A stretch of DNA of 64,000 nt from Cenarchaeum sp. (GCA_965212015.1 OZ243037.1:704001-768000); one strand, 5' to 3'; positions 30,226-40,574 are shown, numbered from the stretch's first letter. Translations and numbers: made by a program. Notes: generated by a model not told the origin, from the letters alone.

Positions 30226-32331
30226 ATGAGCGCAAGCACATCTGCAATTCGCGCCGCAGTCATCATACTCGGCCTGTCTGCCGCAGTTGCAACCGTGCTG
30301 CTGTTTACCCACGCCGACACCGAGACGGCAGTACTGGTCTATCTCCCGCCCGCCACCATTGAGACTGATCCAAAAGCCGGGGATTTTCGCAAATTCACCT
30401 CCGTGCCGGAGCTTCGTGATTTTCTGAGCAGCTATGGATACCATGACTATCTGTTTGGGCGCGGGTTTGCGTACGGGTTTTCCTCCGGATTATTGACAGA
30501 CGAGGTGTTTACAGAAGGCGTGCGGATAGGAGCCCCGCCTAATTCCCAGAGTCTCGACGATGCAGTCATGTTTGAATCTGTGCCCCATGCCGCAGAATCC
30601 AGATCCGCCGATCCCGACTATTCCACCACCAACATACAGGTAAAAAACGTAGACGAGCCGGATTTCATAAAAAACGACGGGCAGTACATCTATGTATTGG
30701 CAGGCAGTGATCTGGTAATCATCAGGGCGCATCCGGCAGAGGACGCAGAGGTGACGTTCGAGTCGGACATGGATCCCAACGACCGCTATGTGGACATGTT
30801 TCTAAACCGGGACAGGCTGGCAGTGATGTACGAGGATTACGTCTACAAATCCGTCCCTATTGACGGCGACGAGAAAAGGACGTGGAGCACAAAGCATGTC
30901 GTGACAAACGTCCTGGTTTTTGATGTCGGCGACAGGAGCAATGCTATTGTGGTCGGGCACTATTCCGTCGACGGGGCGTACCATGACGCAAGAATGATAG
31001 GAAACCACGCATACATTATAACAAAAAACCACCTAAACGAGAATCCCGTGATTCCGCAGGTACGCGACATCGGCGAGGCCTCGCACGGCCGGATCCTGCT
31101 CGATACCGACGTGTACTATTTTGACGGCACCGAACGGCCGTCTGTAATGACTACCGTGTCTGCGATAGACGTCACGGGATCCGGAGACGGCGTCCATGCG
31201 CAGACGTACCTGCTCGGGGACAGCGACGTGATATACGTCTCTGAGGACAACCTGTATCTTACCATAGGGGCAGGCCAGCCGTCACCTGAGATCATATTTG
31301 AAAAGCTGCGGCTCAGCGGCGTTGTGGACGTGTTTGCAAGGCACTTTCCAGACGACGGCAAGCGCATACGGGACATTGCAACGGAGGATCTTGACGTGCA
31401 AGAAAAGCTGAGCGGGATATTTGAGATTATCAGGCAAAAACACGACGGCATGACGGCCGATATTGAGCAGAGCATGTGGGACTTTTACGCAGACTTGCAG
31501 TCAGGGCCGGCGCACACCATAGTCCACAAAATCGCGCTAGGCGGCGAGTCATTTGACTATGAGGCAAGCACGGAGGTTCCGGGCCTGGTCCTGAACCAGT
31601 TCTCGATGGACGAGCACGAGGGACTGTTCCGCATTGCCACGACCGTACAGCAGGGCCGGTCCGTGCACAACAACGTACACGTCCTGGGGCCGGATCTCAG
31701 GCTTGTGGGCAGCCTGGAGGGGATTGCCCCAGATGAGAGCATTTATTCTGCCAGGTTTGCAGGCGACAAGCTGTACCTGGTCACCTTTAGGCAGATTGAT
31801 CCGTTCTTTGTGATAGACCTGTCCGGCGGCGTGCCAAGAATACTCGGCGAGCTCAAGATACCGGGGTTTTCCAACTATCTTCACCCGTACGGCCAGGACA
31901 CCGTCATAGGAATAGGCCGTGACGGCGGCGTAAAGGTCGCCATGTTTGACATATCTGACTTTGATGACCCGAGGCTGAAAGACGAGGTGATAATCGGCGA
32001 TGCACGCACCGAGTCGCTGGCCCTCTACGATCACAAGGCGGTGCTAATTGACGCAAAAAAGCAGCTAATCTCGCTTCCGATATATGATTCGTATCCCGAT
32101 CTGCACAAGATACAAGGCGAGCTGTCCGGGCAGTGGGCGGGGTTTCACGTGTACGGGATAGGCGACGGCGGCTTTGAGGATCTCGGCACGGTAAGGCACG
32201 GCGATGACTATCCCTCAAGGGCGCGATCGCTGTACATTCACGAGGCGCTGTACACAATCATGGATGACACCCTCAAGATAAACGATCTCGGCGACATTGA
32301 CAGGCAGATCAAGACGATAGTCTTTGGCTGA
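30226..32331 (+). CDS. Secreted beta-propeller domain protein (Beta_propel)
   Basis: YSTTNIQV..VDEPDFIKNDG, LNQFSMDE, ELKIPGFSNYLHP. Confidence 0.92.
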   Translation: MSASTSAIRAAVIILGLSAAVATVLLFTHADTETAVLVYLPPATIETDPKAGDFRKFTSVPELRDFLSSYGYHDYLFGRGFAYGFSSGLLTDEVFTEGVRIGAPPNSQSLDDAVMFESVPHAAESRSADPDYSTTNIQVKNVDEPDFIKNDGQYIYVLAGSDLVIIRAHPAEDAEVTFESDMDPNDRYVDMFLNRDRLAVMYEDYVYKSVPIDGDEKRTWSTKHVVTNVLVFDVGDRSNAIVVGHYSVDGAYHDARMIGNHAYIITKNHLNENPVIPQVRDIGEASHGRILLDTDVYYFDGTERPSVMTTVSAIDVTGSGDGVHAQTYLLGDSDVIYVSEDNLYLTIGAGQPSPEIIFEKLRLSGVVDVFARHFPDDGKRIRDIATEDLDVQEKLSGIFEIIRQKHDGMTADIEQSMWDFYADLQSGPAHTIVHKIALGGESFDYEASTEVPGLVLNQFSMDEHEGLFRIATTVQQGRSVHNNVHVLGPDLRLVGSLEGIAPDESIYSARFAGDKLYLVTFRQIDPFFVIDLSGGVPRILGELKIPGFSNYLHPYGQDTVIGIGRDGGVKVAMFDISDFDDPRLKDEVIIGDARTESLALYDHKAVLIDAKKQLISLPIYDSYPDLHKIQGELSGQWAGFHVYGIGDGGFEDLGTVRHGDDYPSRARSLYIHEALYTIMDDTLKINDLGDIDRQIKTIVFG

Positions 32332-32332
32332 C

Positions 32333-32956
32333 TCAGAGATCGTGGATTGCCTCGCCGTATTTTTTCTCAATGCTAGAGCTGGAAATCTCGGGATCCAGTG
32401 CGTGCAGTCTTTGTATGTCCGCATCCAGGCTTATCCTTTTGCAGCCCTCGGTGATGAATTTTTCCTGGTGTGCCTGATCGTATCCGAGTGCGATAATGTC
32501 CGGCCTCACCCTGTTGACTGTCTCAAAAATGTCCGCATCGCTTCCAATCATGCACGCATCCACCACGGAGAGCGAGCCTACCAGGTTCCTTCTCTGGTTC
32601 TGGTGGTGGATTGGGGATCTCTTTTTCATGCTTTTTGCAGTCCTGTCTGTGGCCACCACCACCACTAGCACGTCTGCGAGCTTTTTTGCAGAATCCAGCG
32701 TATGGATGTGTCCGGGATGGATTATGTCAAACACCCCGCCTGCCAAGACCACCGTAAATGACGCACGGCCGAGCTTTGTCAGGCTGCGGTCCTCGTTGAG
32801 CATGCCTTTTTTTATCAGCGCGTCGATTCCCGAGGCGATTGCCGCATCTGACATGTTGCGCCCCTGCATCCTTTTTACGGGATCCGAGCAGTCCAGTGAT
32901 GACGCAAACAGTACAGTCAGAATCAGCCCGTCCGTATTCATTGCCGTTTTTTGCAA
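32333..32956 (-). CDS. ribL: FAD synthase (cytidylyltransferase family)
   Basis: GGVFDIIHPGH, PDIIALGYDQ, SSSSI. Confidence 0.85.
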   Translation of the reverse strand: MQKTAMNTDGLILTVLFASSLDCSDPVKRMQGRNMSDAAIASGIDALIKKGMLNEDRSLTKLGRASFTVVLAGGVFDIIHPGHIHTLDSAKKLADVLVVVVATDRTAKSMKKRSPIHHQNQRRNLVGSLSVVDACMIGSDADIFETVNRVRPDIIALGYDQAHQEKFITEGCKRISLDADIQRLHALDPEISSSSIEKKYGEAIHDL

Positions 32957-32978
32957 TCCGCCCTCCTTTAATTCATCG

Positions 32979-34013
32979 CTATTCCCTGGAAAGCCCCTTG
33001 GCCATCCTGAGGGCGTCGACTAGCCCGTCGGCATAGCCTATGCTCAGTACGGCCACCTCGTCTTTTCCCTGCGCAAGAAAGTCTTTTGCATCCCTGACGT
33101 AAAGCTCGGCATTTTCTATAATCTCGCGGTATTCCGGGGAATTCACATAGTGCGGGGCAATCTCCCTTATGGCGTCCTCGATCATGGGGGCGTATTTTTC
33201 AATCATCTGTCGCGCGATTTTTTTCGTCCTTTGTGAATTGTCAGACGGCTCGTCCAGGCAGTCCCCCAGCACCTTTAGCGCGCCTGATTCTGTAAAATGC
33301 ATGCTGCCCGGGATGATTACCGTGTGCGGGGGAGGCCCGAAATCCCGCCCCGTCAGGGTGGAGATTCTTCCCGCGGTGATTGACTGTGATTTGAGTCCTA
33401 TCCGGGAGGCGATTATCGCAAAAGCCGAGGGGCCGAGGATTTTTCTTTGCTGTTCTTTTTCTGTCCGGACCAAAAGATCGAGGGCGTCCTTGGGATCCAA
33501 AAAAAACCCCCCGTCCTGATCGTATTCCAAAAGCAGGATGGTATGGTTGCCCTCCAGCAGGTTTTTGTAGACTATGCCGTACGGCGTGGACGTTGTCTTT
33601 GCATCGCTCATTATTGTCGCCATTCTTCCAATCTTGTAGTGGTGCAGCCCGCATTCGCCTATCATCGACGTAATGGCCGACGCGGCGTGGATGCTGCAGG
33701 TTTTTATGCCGTCTAGTATCGCGCGCCTTCTTAATTCGACATGGGTGGTGGCGATATACGGATCCCCGTACGACATTAGGACGACGTTTTTGTCCCTTGC
33801 GTTTCCCAGAATCTCGGTGCCGTCCTCCACCATCCATCTTTTTGCGGTCCGGAACTCTCCCCCCGTGATGCTTGACATCCTTGCAATATCAGACTGTGTT
33901 ATCGGGCTTGTAAACTCTTCAAGGTACACCACGTCTGCCTTTTTGAGAATTTCCCGGGATTTTTCGGATATGGAATCCGCACCAGAGATTCCCATGCCTA
34001 CAAACCAGAGCAT
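32979..34013 (-). CDS. dph5: Diphthine synthase with C-terminal DUF357-like domain
   Basis: GDPYIATTH, GLHHYKIG, HTILLL, SIGYADG. Confidence 0.92.
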   Translation of the reverse strand: MLWFVGMGISGADSISEKSREILKKADVVYLEEFTSPITQSDIARMSSITGGEFRTAKRWMVEDGTEILGNARDKNVVLMSYGDPYIATTHVELRRRAILDGIKTCSIHAASAITSMIGECGLHHYKIGRMATIMSDAKTTSTPYGIVYKNLLEGNHTILLLEYDQDGGFFLDPKDALDLLVRTEKEQQRKILGPSAFAIIASRIGLKSQSITAGRISTLTGRDFGPPPHTVIIPGSMHFTESGALKVLGDCLDEPSDNSQRTKKIARQMIEKYAPMIEDAIREIAPHYVNSPEYREIIENAELYVRDAKDFLAQGKDEVAVLSIGYADGLVDALRMAKGLSRE

Positions 34014-34058
34014 TACATTTTACGAGCCCGGACGCCATATTTGCGTTGGCAAGCCGGT

Positions 34059-34121
34059 CCTAGTATGAAAAAGTCTTCCAAAATCGACCCAGATTGACGC
34101 CTAGGCTCTGCCGGCAATGTC
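34059..34121. repeat. Dispersed repeat module A, copy 1
   Basis: CCTAGTATGAAAAAGTCTTCCAAAA-TCGACCC-AGATTGACGCCTAGGCTCTGCCGGCAATGTC; one mismatch to 42702-42764. Confidence 0.95.
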
Positions 34122-34368
34122 AGTGATATTGTTATATGGAACCGGCTTGCTGTATATGGTATGCAAGACTTACCAAAAGGCTGGATGGCAAAAGTGTTCA
34201 AAGAGGCTGCCGAGGCAGTGAAAAAAATACCAAAAGAAGAGCGCGAATTCTATGAGCAGCATTCTAGCTAGAATACAGGCAGATTTATGAATTCTGGCTG
34301 GATCGAGTTAAAGGTATCCAATAGTTCTGTTTCACAGGTCGCTTTGTCGTGTCCGAGTGAGGCCCAAA

Positions 34369-34655
34369 ATTGGCAGATATGATGGGATCTCAAGAGGTTG
34401 GCAAATTAGGGAATTATGGGTAGGCGTAGTATAGTCTGTAAACCCGGAATTGGAACCAAAAGTTGGCAAAGTTCACAGAGTTGACAAAGTTGGTAAATTC
34501 AGAAAAAACGCCTAGGTAGGGGTCTGGGCGTAAAGTAGACAGAGTTGGCAAATGGCGGATGCCCGTGGGCAGGTGTAGTATAGTCTGTAAAGCTCCGAAC
34601 CGGAGCCAAAAGTTGGCAAATCAGGAGAGGTTGCAGGACCATATGGTCATATGAT
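34369..34655. repeat. Dispersed mosaic repeat module B (diverged copies)
   Basis: GTCTGTAAA..GAATTGGA.CCAAAAG cores, AAGTTG(G/A)CA nonamers, CGCC.AG..GGGG.TCTGGGCG hairpin shared with 42013-42690. Confidence 0.9.
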
Positions 34656-34675
34656 CCAGCGCCGTCTCATAGTTC

Positions 34676-34963
34676 TCATTCTGAAGAAGTCCGTGTTGGA
34701 CGATATAATTTTACTTTTGAATAAATTTTAAACACAATCACAGATAAAATGATGGAATTGATGATAAATAATAAGAGATCAACAAAAGTGTTTGTTGGAT
34801 AGTTTTGATAATAGGGCACAAGAGCACCGTACCCATATAAAGATATATCTTTGTATATTACCTGTCCCAGAAATATTGTTGTTGCACCAATGATGATAAT
34901 TCCACAAAAACCAAAAATAAGTCTAAAAAAACGTGGTTGCATTTCACCATCGGCCATAAACAA
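34676..34963 (-). CDS. Small two-TM protein (AT-rich islet)
   Basis: Two TM helices; overlaps stop of upstream secreted protein. Confidence 0.65.
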   Translation of the reverse strand: MFMADGEMQPRFFRLIFGFCGIIIIGATTIFLGQVIYKDISLYGYGALVPYYQNYPTNTFVDLLLFIINSIILSVIVFKIYSKVKLYRPTRTSSE

Positions 34964-35702
34964 AATCTACGCTAACAGCATACCAAGTTGTACCACCGTG
35001 TCCGTTAATAAATGCATGAAAACCTCTTCTATCCGCATGACCATCTAAACGGTAATGATCTGTTCCATATTGGACATCACCATGCATAAATTCATGTGGT
35101 ACAAAACACCAATGTAGATAGTATGGACTGCCTTCCCAATTCACATCTATGACATTTGGTTTTACTGTGGCACTAAAAACACCTTGATTAAAAGTGGCAC
35201 ATGCCGAATAGTTGTCATGTAATCTTAAAGTATTGGGAGTTCCAATCTCACGATCATACAGATTAATACTGGCACCAAAGGGGTTTGAACGACCACCACC
35301 ATCACCAGTTGCACCCCGAGACACATCCGTAAAAGTCTCCCGTATTCCAAGATTATGATTAATCAGTTTGTATGTTCCATCATCATTAGTAACAATTCTA
35401 AAGGTTTCAGTCATTAATTTCTTTCCATCTATCTTGGTTGTGGTCTTTACAACGTATCTATCATTTGTTACCTGTTTGGTTTTAGTAATCAGTGTTACAG
35501 TTTCGCCATCAATTATTTTCTCTTGAGTATTTTTGCCTGGTTGAGAAATGAGGTTTTCTATATATTGCACTACAACAGGATCATAGATTGCATTTGTTTG
35601 TTCTTCAGCTAATGTACTGTTTATACTAAACGGCACAATTATCGCAGTAATCAGTCCCGCAAATAATAATATTTGAATTGTTTTTTGATTTTCGTTTTTC
35701 AT
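34944..35702 (-). CDS. Secreted hypothetical protein (AT-rich islet)
   Basis: Signal peptide LLFAGLITAIIVPFS..LAEE; Gly-rich linker before C-terminal domain. Confidence 0.8.
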   Translation of the reverse strand: MKNENQKTIQILLFAGLITAIIVPFSINSTLAEEQTNAIYDPVVVQYIENLISQPGKNTQEKIIDGETVTLITKTKQVTNDRYVVKTTTKIDGKKLMTETFRIVTNDDGTYKLINHNLGIRETFTDVSRGATGDGGGRSNPFGASINLYDREIGTPNTLRLHDNYSACATFNQGVFSATVKPNVIDVNWEGSPYYLHWCFVPHEFMHGDVQYGTDHYRLDGHADRRGFHAFINGHGGTTWYAVSVDFVYGRW

Positions 35703-35758
35703 GGTTCAATTATGAGCATATCAGTACTATTATATAAGCAGTTATATCCAAATATGGA

Positions 35759-36139
35759 GTGCCTCTATCAAACAATTATGTTGTAAATGGGAAAATCACG
35801 CCCAAATTCCGGAAACCCCAATCTATTCAGAATGCTCTAGTAGTTGATGGTTATCATGAAATCGCTCATCCTTGGACCGACTTACGTAATGTTGGATTTG
35901 ATTATGGGGAGAAAAATCTAACTGGTATGGGTGGATGTAACGAAGGTGAATTTAGAGATCAAAATTTCATTTATCCGCCTAATAAGCCCCATCAAGGCAG
36001 TATAGGATGGCACATACTACAGCAATTAAATGAACCAAATCCAGAATTACAAGAATATGATCTACCTATTTTTTGGTGGGGTGTATACACTACTTTCTGG
36101 CACTGGCAATTAATTCACTCCTTTTTTTATTTATCATGA
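35759..36139 (+). CDS. Hypothetical protein, possibly an orphan C-terminal fragment
   Basis: 126-aa AT-rich ORF without signal peptide; ATGA-coupled to next gene. Confidence 0.5.
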   Translation: MPLSNNYVVNGKITPKFRKPQSIQNALVVDGYHEIAHPWTDLRNVGFDYGEKNLTGMGGCNEGEFRDQNFIYPPNKPHQGSIGWHILQQLNEPNPELQEYDLPIFWWGVYTTFWHWQLIHSFFYLS

Positions 36140-36438
36140 AATTAAGATCTTATATAATTATAATAATTTTGATCATTACAGCAATATATATTCTGTCATA
36201 TCATCAAACTGTTTTAAATAATTCTCAGGGATTATATGAGACGTCGGTATTTCATGACTATGGATATGATATACAGTGTGATACACATTTTTTACAAAAA
36301 CCTACAAATTGCAAAATTGTCGATGAATCAGGTATTATAGTCCCAAATGAAAAATTACTTGAAACAGATCATCACTGTCTGTTCGAAAATGAAGAAGGTT
36401 ATTTAGTGCCATGCAGGATAGATAGTGGATTTCCCTGA
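36136..36438 (+). CDS. Small N-terminally anchored Cys-containing protein
   Basis: MKLRSYIIIIILII anchor, four Cys; ATGA overlap. Confidence 0.65.
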   Translation: MKLRSYIIIIILIITAIYILSYHQTVLNNSQGLYETSVFHDYGYDIQCDTHFLQKPTNCKIVDESGIIVPNEKLLETDHHCLFENEEGYLVPCRIDSGFP

Positions 36439-36889
36439 ATATCCAGACAACAAATCGACTGCTGTTATCTAGACCGTATACGTAATTAACAAACTTCTCA
36501 ATTATTCTAGATCAACATCATTTAGATCACCCATGATCGCCGAACACGCCTGATGTCAAGTTCACAGGAGCAATTGATACGCAATCTGCAACAAAAATGT
36601 GAAAAATTCCAGTTCGAGAGCGCAAAATACCAACAAGAGAACAAAATACTGCGCGATATGTGGCATATGGCCGAGAACAAAAGCCTTGGAGGATCCTGTA
36701 CGACAGGCGGAGGGGCGCCCGTAAAGGGGATACGCGGGCAAGGCCTGATTTTTAAGGCATACATGATACGGGCTTTAATCATGCCGGGCGGGCTTGGGGG
36801 CCATGATTATGGCGGCAGGCGCATTCCGGCCTTTTTGGTTTAGAAATTTAAACACCTGCAACTATGAACCCAAACGATCAGTCCGGTTC

Positions 36890-37366
36890 ATGATGGGATA
36901 CCCAGAGTTTGTGGGCATAATGGAGGAAAACCCGTACTATCCGGTCTTAATAAAGGACTATCCGAAACTGTTTGATTTTGAACCGACCGCGGCGGGTCTT
37001 ACCTATTTCCAAAGGCTGAGGAAGGAATGGTCAGAGGGCGATCTTTCCGACAGGGAGTGCCTTTACCTTGGAATGCTGCACTTGGCGTACGCCACCTCGA
37101 TGAAAAGCGCAAGGGAGTGCAAGGAATGGCAGGCATACATGTTTTTGCTCGGGGTGCGGCCGGATCTTGAAGGCCAGGGCATCAAAACGACGCTAAAACA
37201 GATGGGATGCATCAGGGACAATCCCGCATATGATCCAAAGTTATACAAGCGCCACATATTGTGGAAAGCCGGGGTTTTTGCCGCGGCAAACAAGGTACAG
37301 TCCCAAGATTCAAAGATGCCGCAGAACAAGCCGGCACCGAACCGCCCGTATGGCCGGCAAGTCTGA
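36890..37366 (+). CDS. Hypothetical protein
   Basis: ORF from MMGYPEF after TTTAAA box; start inferred. Confidence 0.6.
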   Translation: MMGYPEFVGIMEENPYYPVLIKDYPKLFDFEPTAAGLTYFQRLRKEWSEGDLSDRECLYLGMLHLAYATSMKSARECKEWQAYMFLLGVRPDLEGQGIKTTLKQMGCIRDNPAYDPKLYKRHILWKAGVFAAANKVQSQDSKMPQNKPAPNRPYGRQV

Positions 37367-37486
37367 AACCGATCCATGCCGCGCGCATATGCCGCACGGA
37401 CTTGGACTTTCAAATGCATTATATGGCATGTGATTCAAGACCAACGCATGACCTGTGAGAAGCTAAAGTGTTCCGGAGGCCATGCC

Positions 37487-37756
37487 ATGGTGGAGATCAC
37501 GCCGGAGGAGAAGAAAAAGGCGGATCTCGGCGTCGGGGTGCTGTTTCTGGCAAAGCTGGACAAGATCGACCCGTCCAAGTTTGCAAGCTATTACTGCAAG
37601 GCATGCGAAAAAGAGTTTGAGGGGCCGCCCGAATACCGGTTCGAGACCATGGATGAAAAGGTGGCAGATGGGATTGTTCTCAGGGAACGCGGCCAGTACG
37701 TGTGCAAAAAATGCGACGGCATACTGGGCGAATACAGGCAGTTCGAGCAAAAATAA
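37487..37756 (+). CDS. Small Zn-ribbon protein
   Basis: YYCKACE and YVCKKCD pairs. Confidence 0.75.
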   Translation: MVEITPEEKKKADLGVGVLFLAKLDKIDPSKFASYYCKACEKEFEGPPEYRFETMDEKVADGIVLRERGQYVCKKCDGILGEYRQFEQK

Positions 37757-37914
37757 GGATTTTGCACGGGGGATCCGGGCCGGCGGAATTTCAGGCACGC
37801 TGTCAGACCGCCGCGACTAGGCGTGAATTTCGCATCATGTGCGTAGGCGGGACGGGGCCCCGTACAATTTCAGGCCATAAAATATTATATCCTACGGATG
37901 CGTGGGTTATTTGC

Positions 37915-38292
37915 ATGTATTCCGGCAAGCTGGTTCGCGATGTAATGAACAAGGCGCTAATCTCCGTGGATCCCAGCACTACTGTCTTTCAGGTGGCAAA
38001 AATGATGGAGCAGGGAATCGGCGCCATACTGATAAAAAAAGACGGGATACCCGCCGGGATTGTCACGGACCGGGATTATGCGATAAAAATCGCGGTAAAC
38101 AACATTGCAATGGATACGCCCATTGAACAGGTGGCCTCGTTTCCATTAATCACGATAGGCGGCGGCGAGACGCTAAGGAATGCGGCAGTACAAATGTCGG
38201 AGAAAAAGATCCGAAAGCTGGCCGTGACGGAGAACGGCAGCATTGTGGGAATAATAACGTCGACTGATCTTGTGACCCAGATGGCGGCATAG
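37915..38292 (+). CDS. CBS domain pair protein
   Basis: VRDVM, GIVTDRD, GIITSTDL. Confidence 0.9.
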   Translation: MYSGKLVRDVMNKALISVDPSTTVFQVAKMMEQGIGAILIKKDGIPAGIVTDRDYAIKIAVNNIAMDTPIEQVASFPLITIGGGETLRNAAVQMSEKKIRKLAVTENGSIVGIITSTDLVTQMAA

Positions 38293-38372
38293 CGCATCCA
38301 AAGGCCCCGTATATTGTGGAGACTGCATTTTGGCAAAGGTGTAAATTGGAACATGCCCCTGCCTGAATAGGG

Positions 38373-38789
38373 TTGAGCTACAAGCTACTGGATCATGCGA
38401 CCGATGCCGTAATCGAGGTCACGGCCAAGGATCTTGACGAGGCGTTCACGGTTGCAGGCCAGGCAGCGGCGGATATCATGCTGGATACGAAATCCGTCGC
38501 AGAGAAGCAAGAGTGGAACATTGCCGTCGCGGGCGAGGATCTGAGCCGTCTTTTGTATGACTGGCTAGAGTCGGTAATATACCAGATTATCACCGACGGG
38601 TTTGCAATAGCCAGAATCGAGGCAAGGGTGGTAAGGGACGCAGGATACGCGATTGAAGCTACGACTTTTGGCGAGCCGATCGACGTAAAGAGGCACGGAT
38701 TCAAGGTGGAGATAAAGGCGCCCACGTTCCACGAGATGGAGATCATACAGGAGGAAAATGTTAAAATGAAGTTTTTGCTGGACTTGTAG
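38373..38789 (+). CDS. Archease
   Basis: LDHATD, EIKAPTFH, LDL terminus. Confidence 0.93.
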   Translation: MSYKLLDHATDAVIEVTAKDLDEAFTVAGQAAADIMLDTKSVAEKQEWNIAVAGEDLSRLLYDWLESVIYQIITDGFAIARIEARVVRDAGYAIEATTFGEPIDVKRHGFKVEIKAPTFHEMEIIQEENVKMKFLLDL

Positions 38790-38793
38790 TGGA

Positions 38794-39183
38794 ATGGAAG
38801 ACGAGGAGATAGAGCGCATAAAGAGAAAAAAGCTGCAAGAGATGATCGACTCCCAAAGGGAGGGGGTGCTGGATCTTGACACGGCAAGCTTTGATGCGGC
38901 AGTCTCGAAAAACTGCCTGACTTTGGTGGATTTTTGGGCGGAATGGTGCGGCCCGTGCAGGATGATGCATCCCGTCTTTGAGAGGATGGCCAAAAAGTAC
39001 CCGCAAATAAAATTTGCGCGGGTAAACGTCGATCAGGTGCAGCCGGTCGCGCAGAGGTATCAGGTGCAGTCAATTCCCACGTTTCTCCTGTTCAAGGAGG
39101 GCCGGATTGTCCAAGCTTTCACTCAATGTCAAAAGAGCTCGTTCATATGCGGAGAGGATGTTTGGGGCAATTATACTGGATAA
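38794..39183 (+). CDS. trxA: Thioredoxin with replaced C-terminus
   Basis: WAEWCGPC, SIPT; homology stops at KEGRIV (~39111), then out-of-frame read into an ATPase remnant. Confidence 0.85.
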   Translation: MEDEEIERIKRKKLQEMIDSQREGVLDLDTASFDAAVSKNCLTLVDFWAEWCGPCRMMHPVFERMAKKYPQIKFARVNVDQVQPVAQRYQVQSIPTFLLFKEGRIVQAFTQCQKSSFICGEDVWGNYTG

Positions 39184-39661
39184 TTTGACAAAGAAGGAAG
39201 CATCACTGGCCATATCCAAACCGTTAAAGGATTCATCGTATAATTTTTCCAAAGATCTAATTAGTGCGATTGTTATGGATACCGGACAGTATCCATATTT
39301 TATCCAGTTTTATTGCCAGGAAATCATTTGCAATGTTCTCAAACAGAATATCGATATTGACGACTATAATTCTGTAAAGCCGATTATTATCAAGAACCTT
39401 CAAACAGCCTTTTTTGATCCACGCATTGACAATCTTACCGATCTAGAAAAAAAACTTTTGATCTCGATGGCCAAAATAAATAAAAAAGATCTTCAGTTCA
39501 GGACCATTCTCACAAAATCTCGAATCAAAAAAACATCCCTAAATAAATATCTCGATAGCTTGGAAAAGAAAGGCCTGGTGTATAATCACAAACGTGGCGT
39601 ATATCGATTCTCGCTGCCCATGTTGCAAGACTACATAGTCCAGAAATACATCCAGTCCTAG
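39101..39661 (+). pseudogene. C-terminal half of an AAA-wHTH ATPase, paralogue of 40805-42001
   Basis: ARSYAERMF and YPYFIQFY match the intact copy; Walker A/B half missing. Confidence 0.88.
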
Positions 39662-40427
39662 TATGAAAAAGTCTTCCAAAATAGAAGACAACCGGGTTCG
39701 TGCCTAGAGTATGAAAAAGTCTTCCAAAATAGAAGACAACCGGGTTCGTGCCTAGAGTATGAAAAAGTCTTCCAAAATAGAAGACAACCGGGTTCGTGCC
39801 TAGAGTATGAAAAAGTCTTCCAAAATAGAAGACAACCGGGTTCGTGCCTAGAGTATGAAAAAGTCTTCCAAAATAGAAGACAACCGGGTTCGTGCCTAGA
39901 GTATGAAAAAGTCTTCCAAAATAGAAGACAACCGGGTTCGTGCCTAGAGTATGAAAAAGTCTTCCAAAATAGAAGACAACCGGGTTCGTGCCTAGAGTAT
40001 GAAAAAGTCTTCCAAAATAGAAGACAACCGGGTTCGTGCCTAGAGTATGAAAAAGTCTTCCAAAATAGAAGACAACCGGGTTCGTGCCTAGAGTATGAAA
40101 AAGTCTTCCAAAATAGAAGACAACCGGGTTCGTGCCTAGAGTATGAAAAAGTCTTCCAAAATAGAAGACAACCGGGTTCGTGCCTAGAGTATGAAAAAGT
40201 CTTCCAAAATAGAAGACAACCGGGTTCGTGCCTAGAGTATGAAAAAGTCTTCCAAAATAGAAGACAACCGGGTTCGTGCCTAGAGTATGAAAAAGTCTTC
40301 CAAAATAGAAGACAACCGGGTTCGTGCCTAGAGTATGAAAAAGTCTTCCAAAATAGAAGACAACCGGGTTCGTGCCTAGAGTATGAAAAAGTCTTCCAAA
40401 ATAGAAGACAACCGGGTTCGTGCCTAG
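39660..40427. repeat. Perfect tandem array, 16 x 48 bp
   Basis: Unit AGTATGAAAAAGTCTTCCAAAATAGAAGACAACCGGGTTCGTGCCTAG; 768 bp; internal GTCTTC/GAAGAC inverted repeat. Confidence 0.98.
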
Positions 40428-40570
40428 ATTGACGCCTAGGCTCTGCCGGTAACGCCAAAAACCCCGAATTGGAGCCAAAAGTTGGCAAAGTTGGCAAATT
40501 AGGGAATGGTGGTGGGCAGGTGCGGGCCCGTCTGTAAAGCCCCGAATCAAAGCCAAAAGTTGACAAATTA
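40428..40570. repeat. Tail of module A plus module B copy
   Basis: ATTGACGCCTAGGCTCTGCCGG then CCCGAATTGGAGCCAAAAGTTGGCAAAGTTGGCA. Confidence 0.9.
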
Positions 40571-40574
40571 AAAG

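Noticed and set aside
34161-34271. 36-aa ORF MQDLPKGW... resembling an HsdS N-terminus
   Set aside because: It is too short and the similarity is limited to LPKGW
39660-40427. CRISPR array
   Set aside because: All 16 units are identical, with no unique spacers, and there are no cas genes in the window
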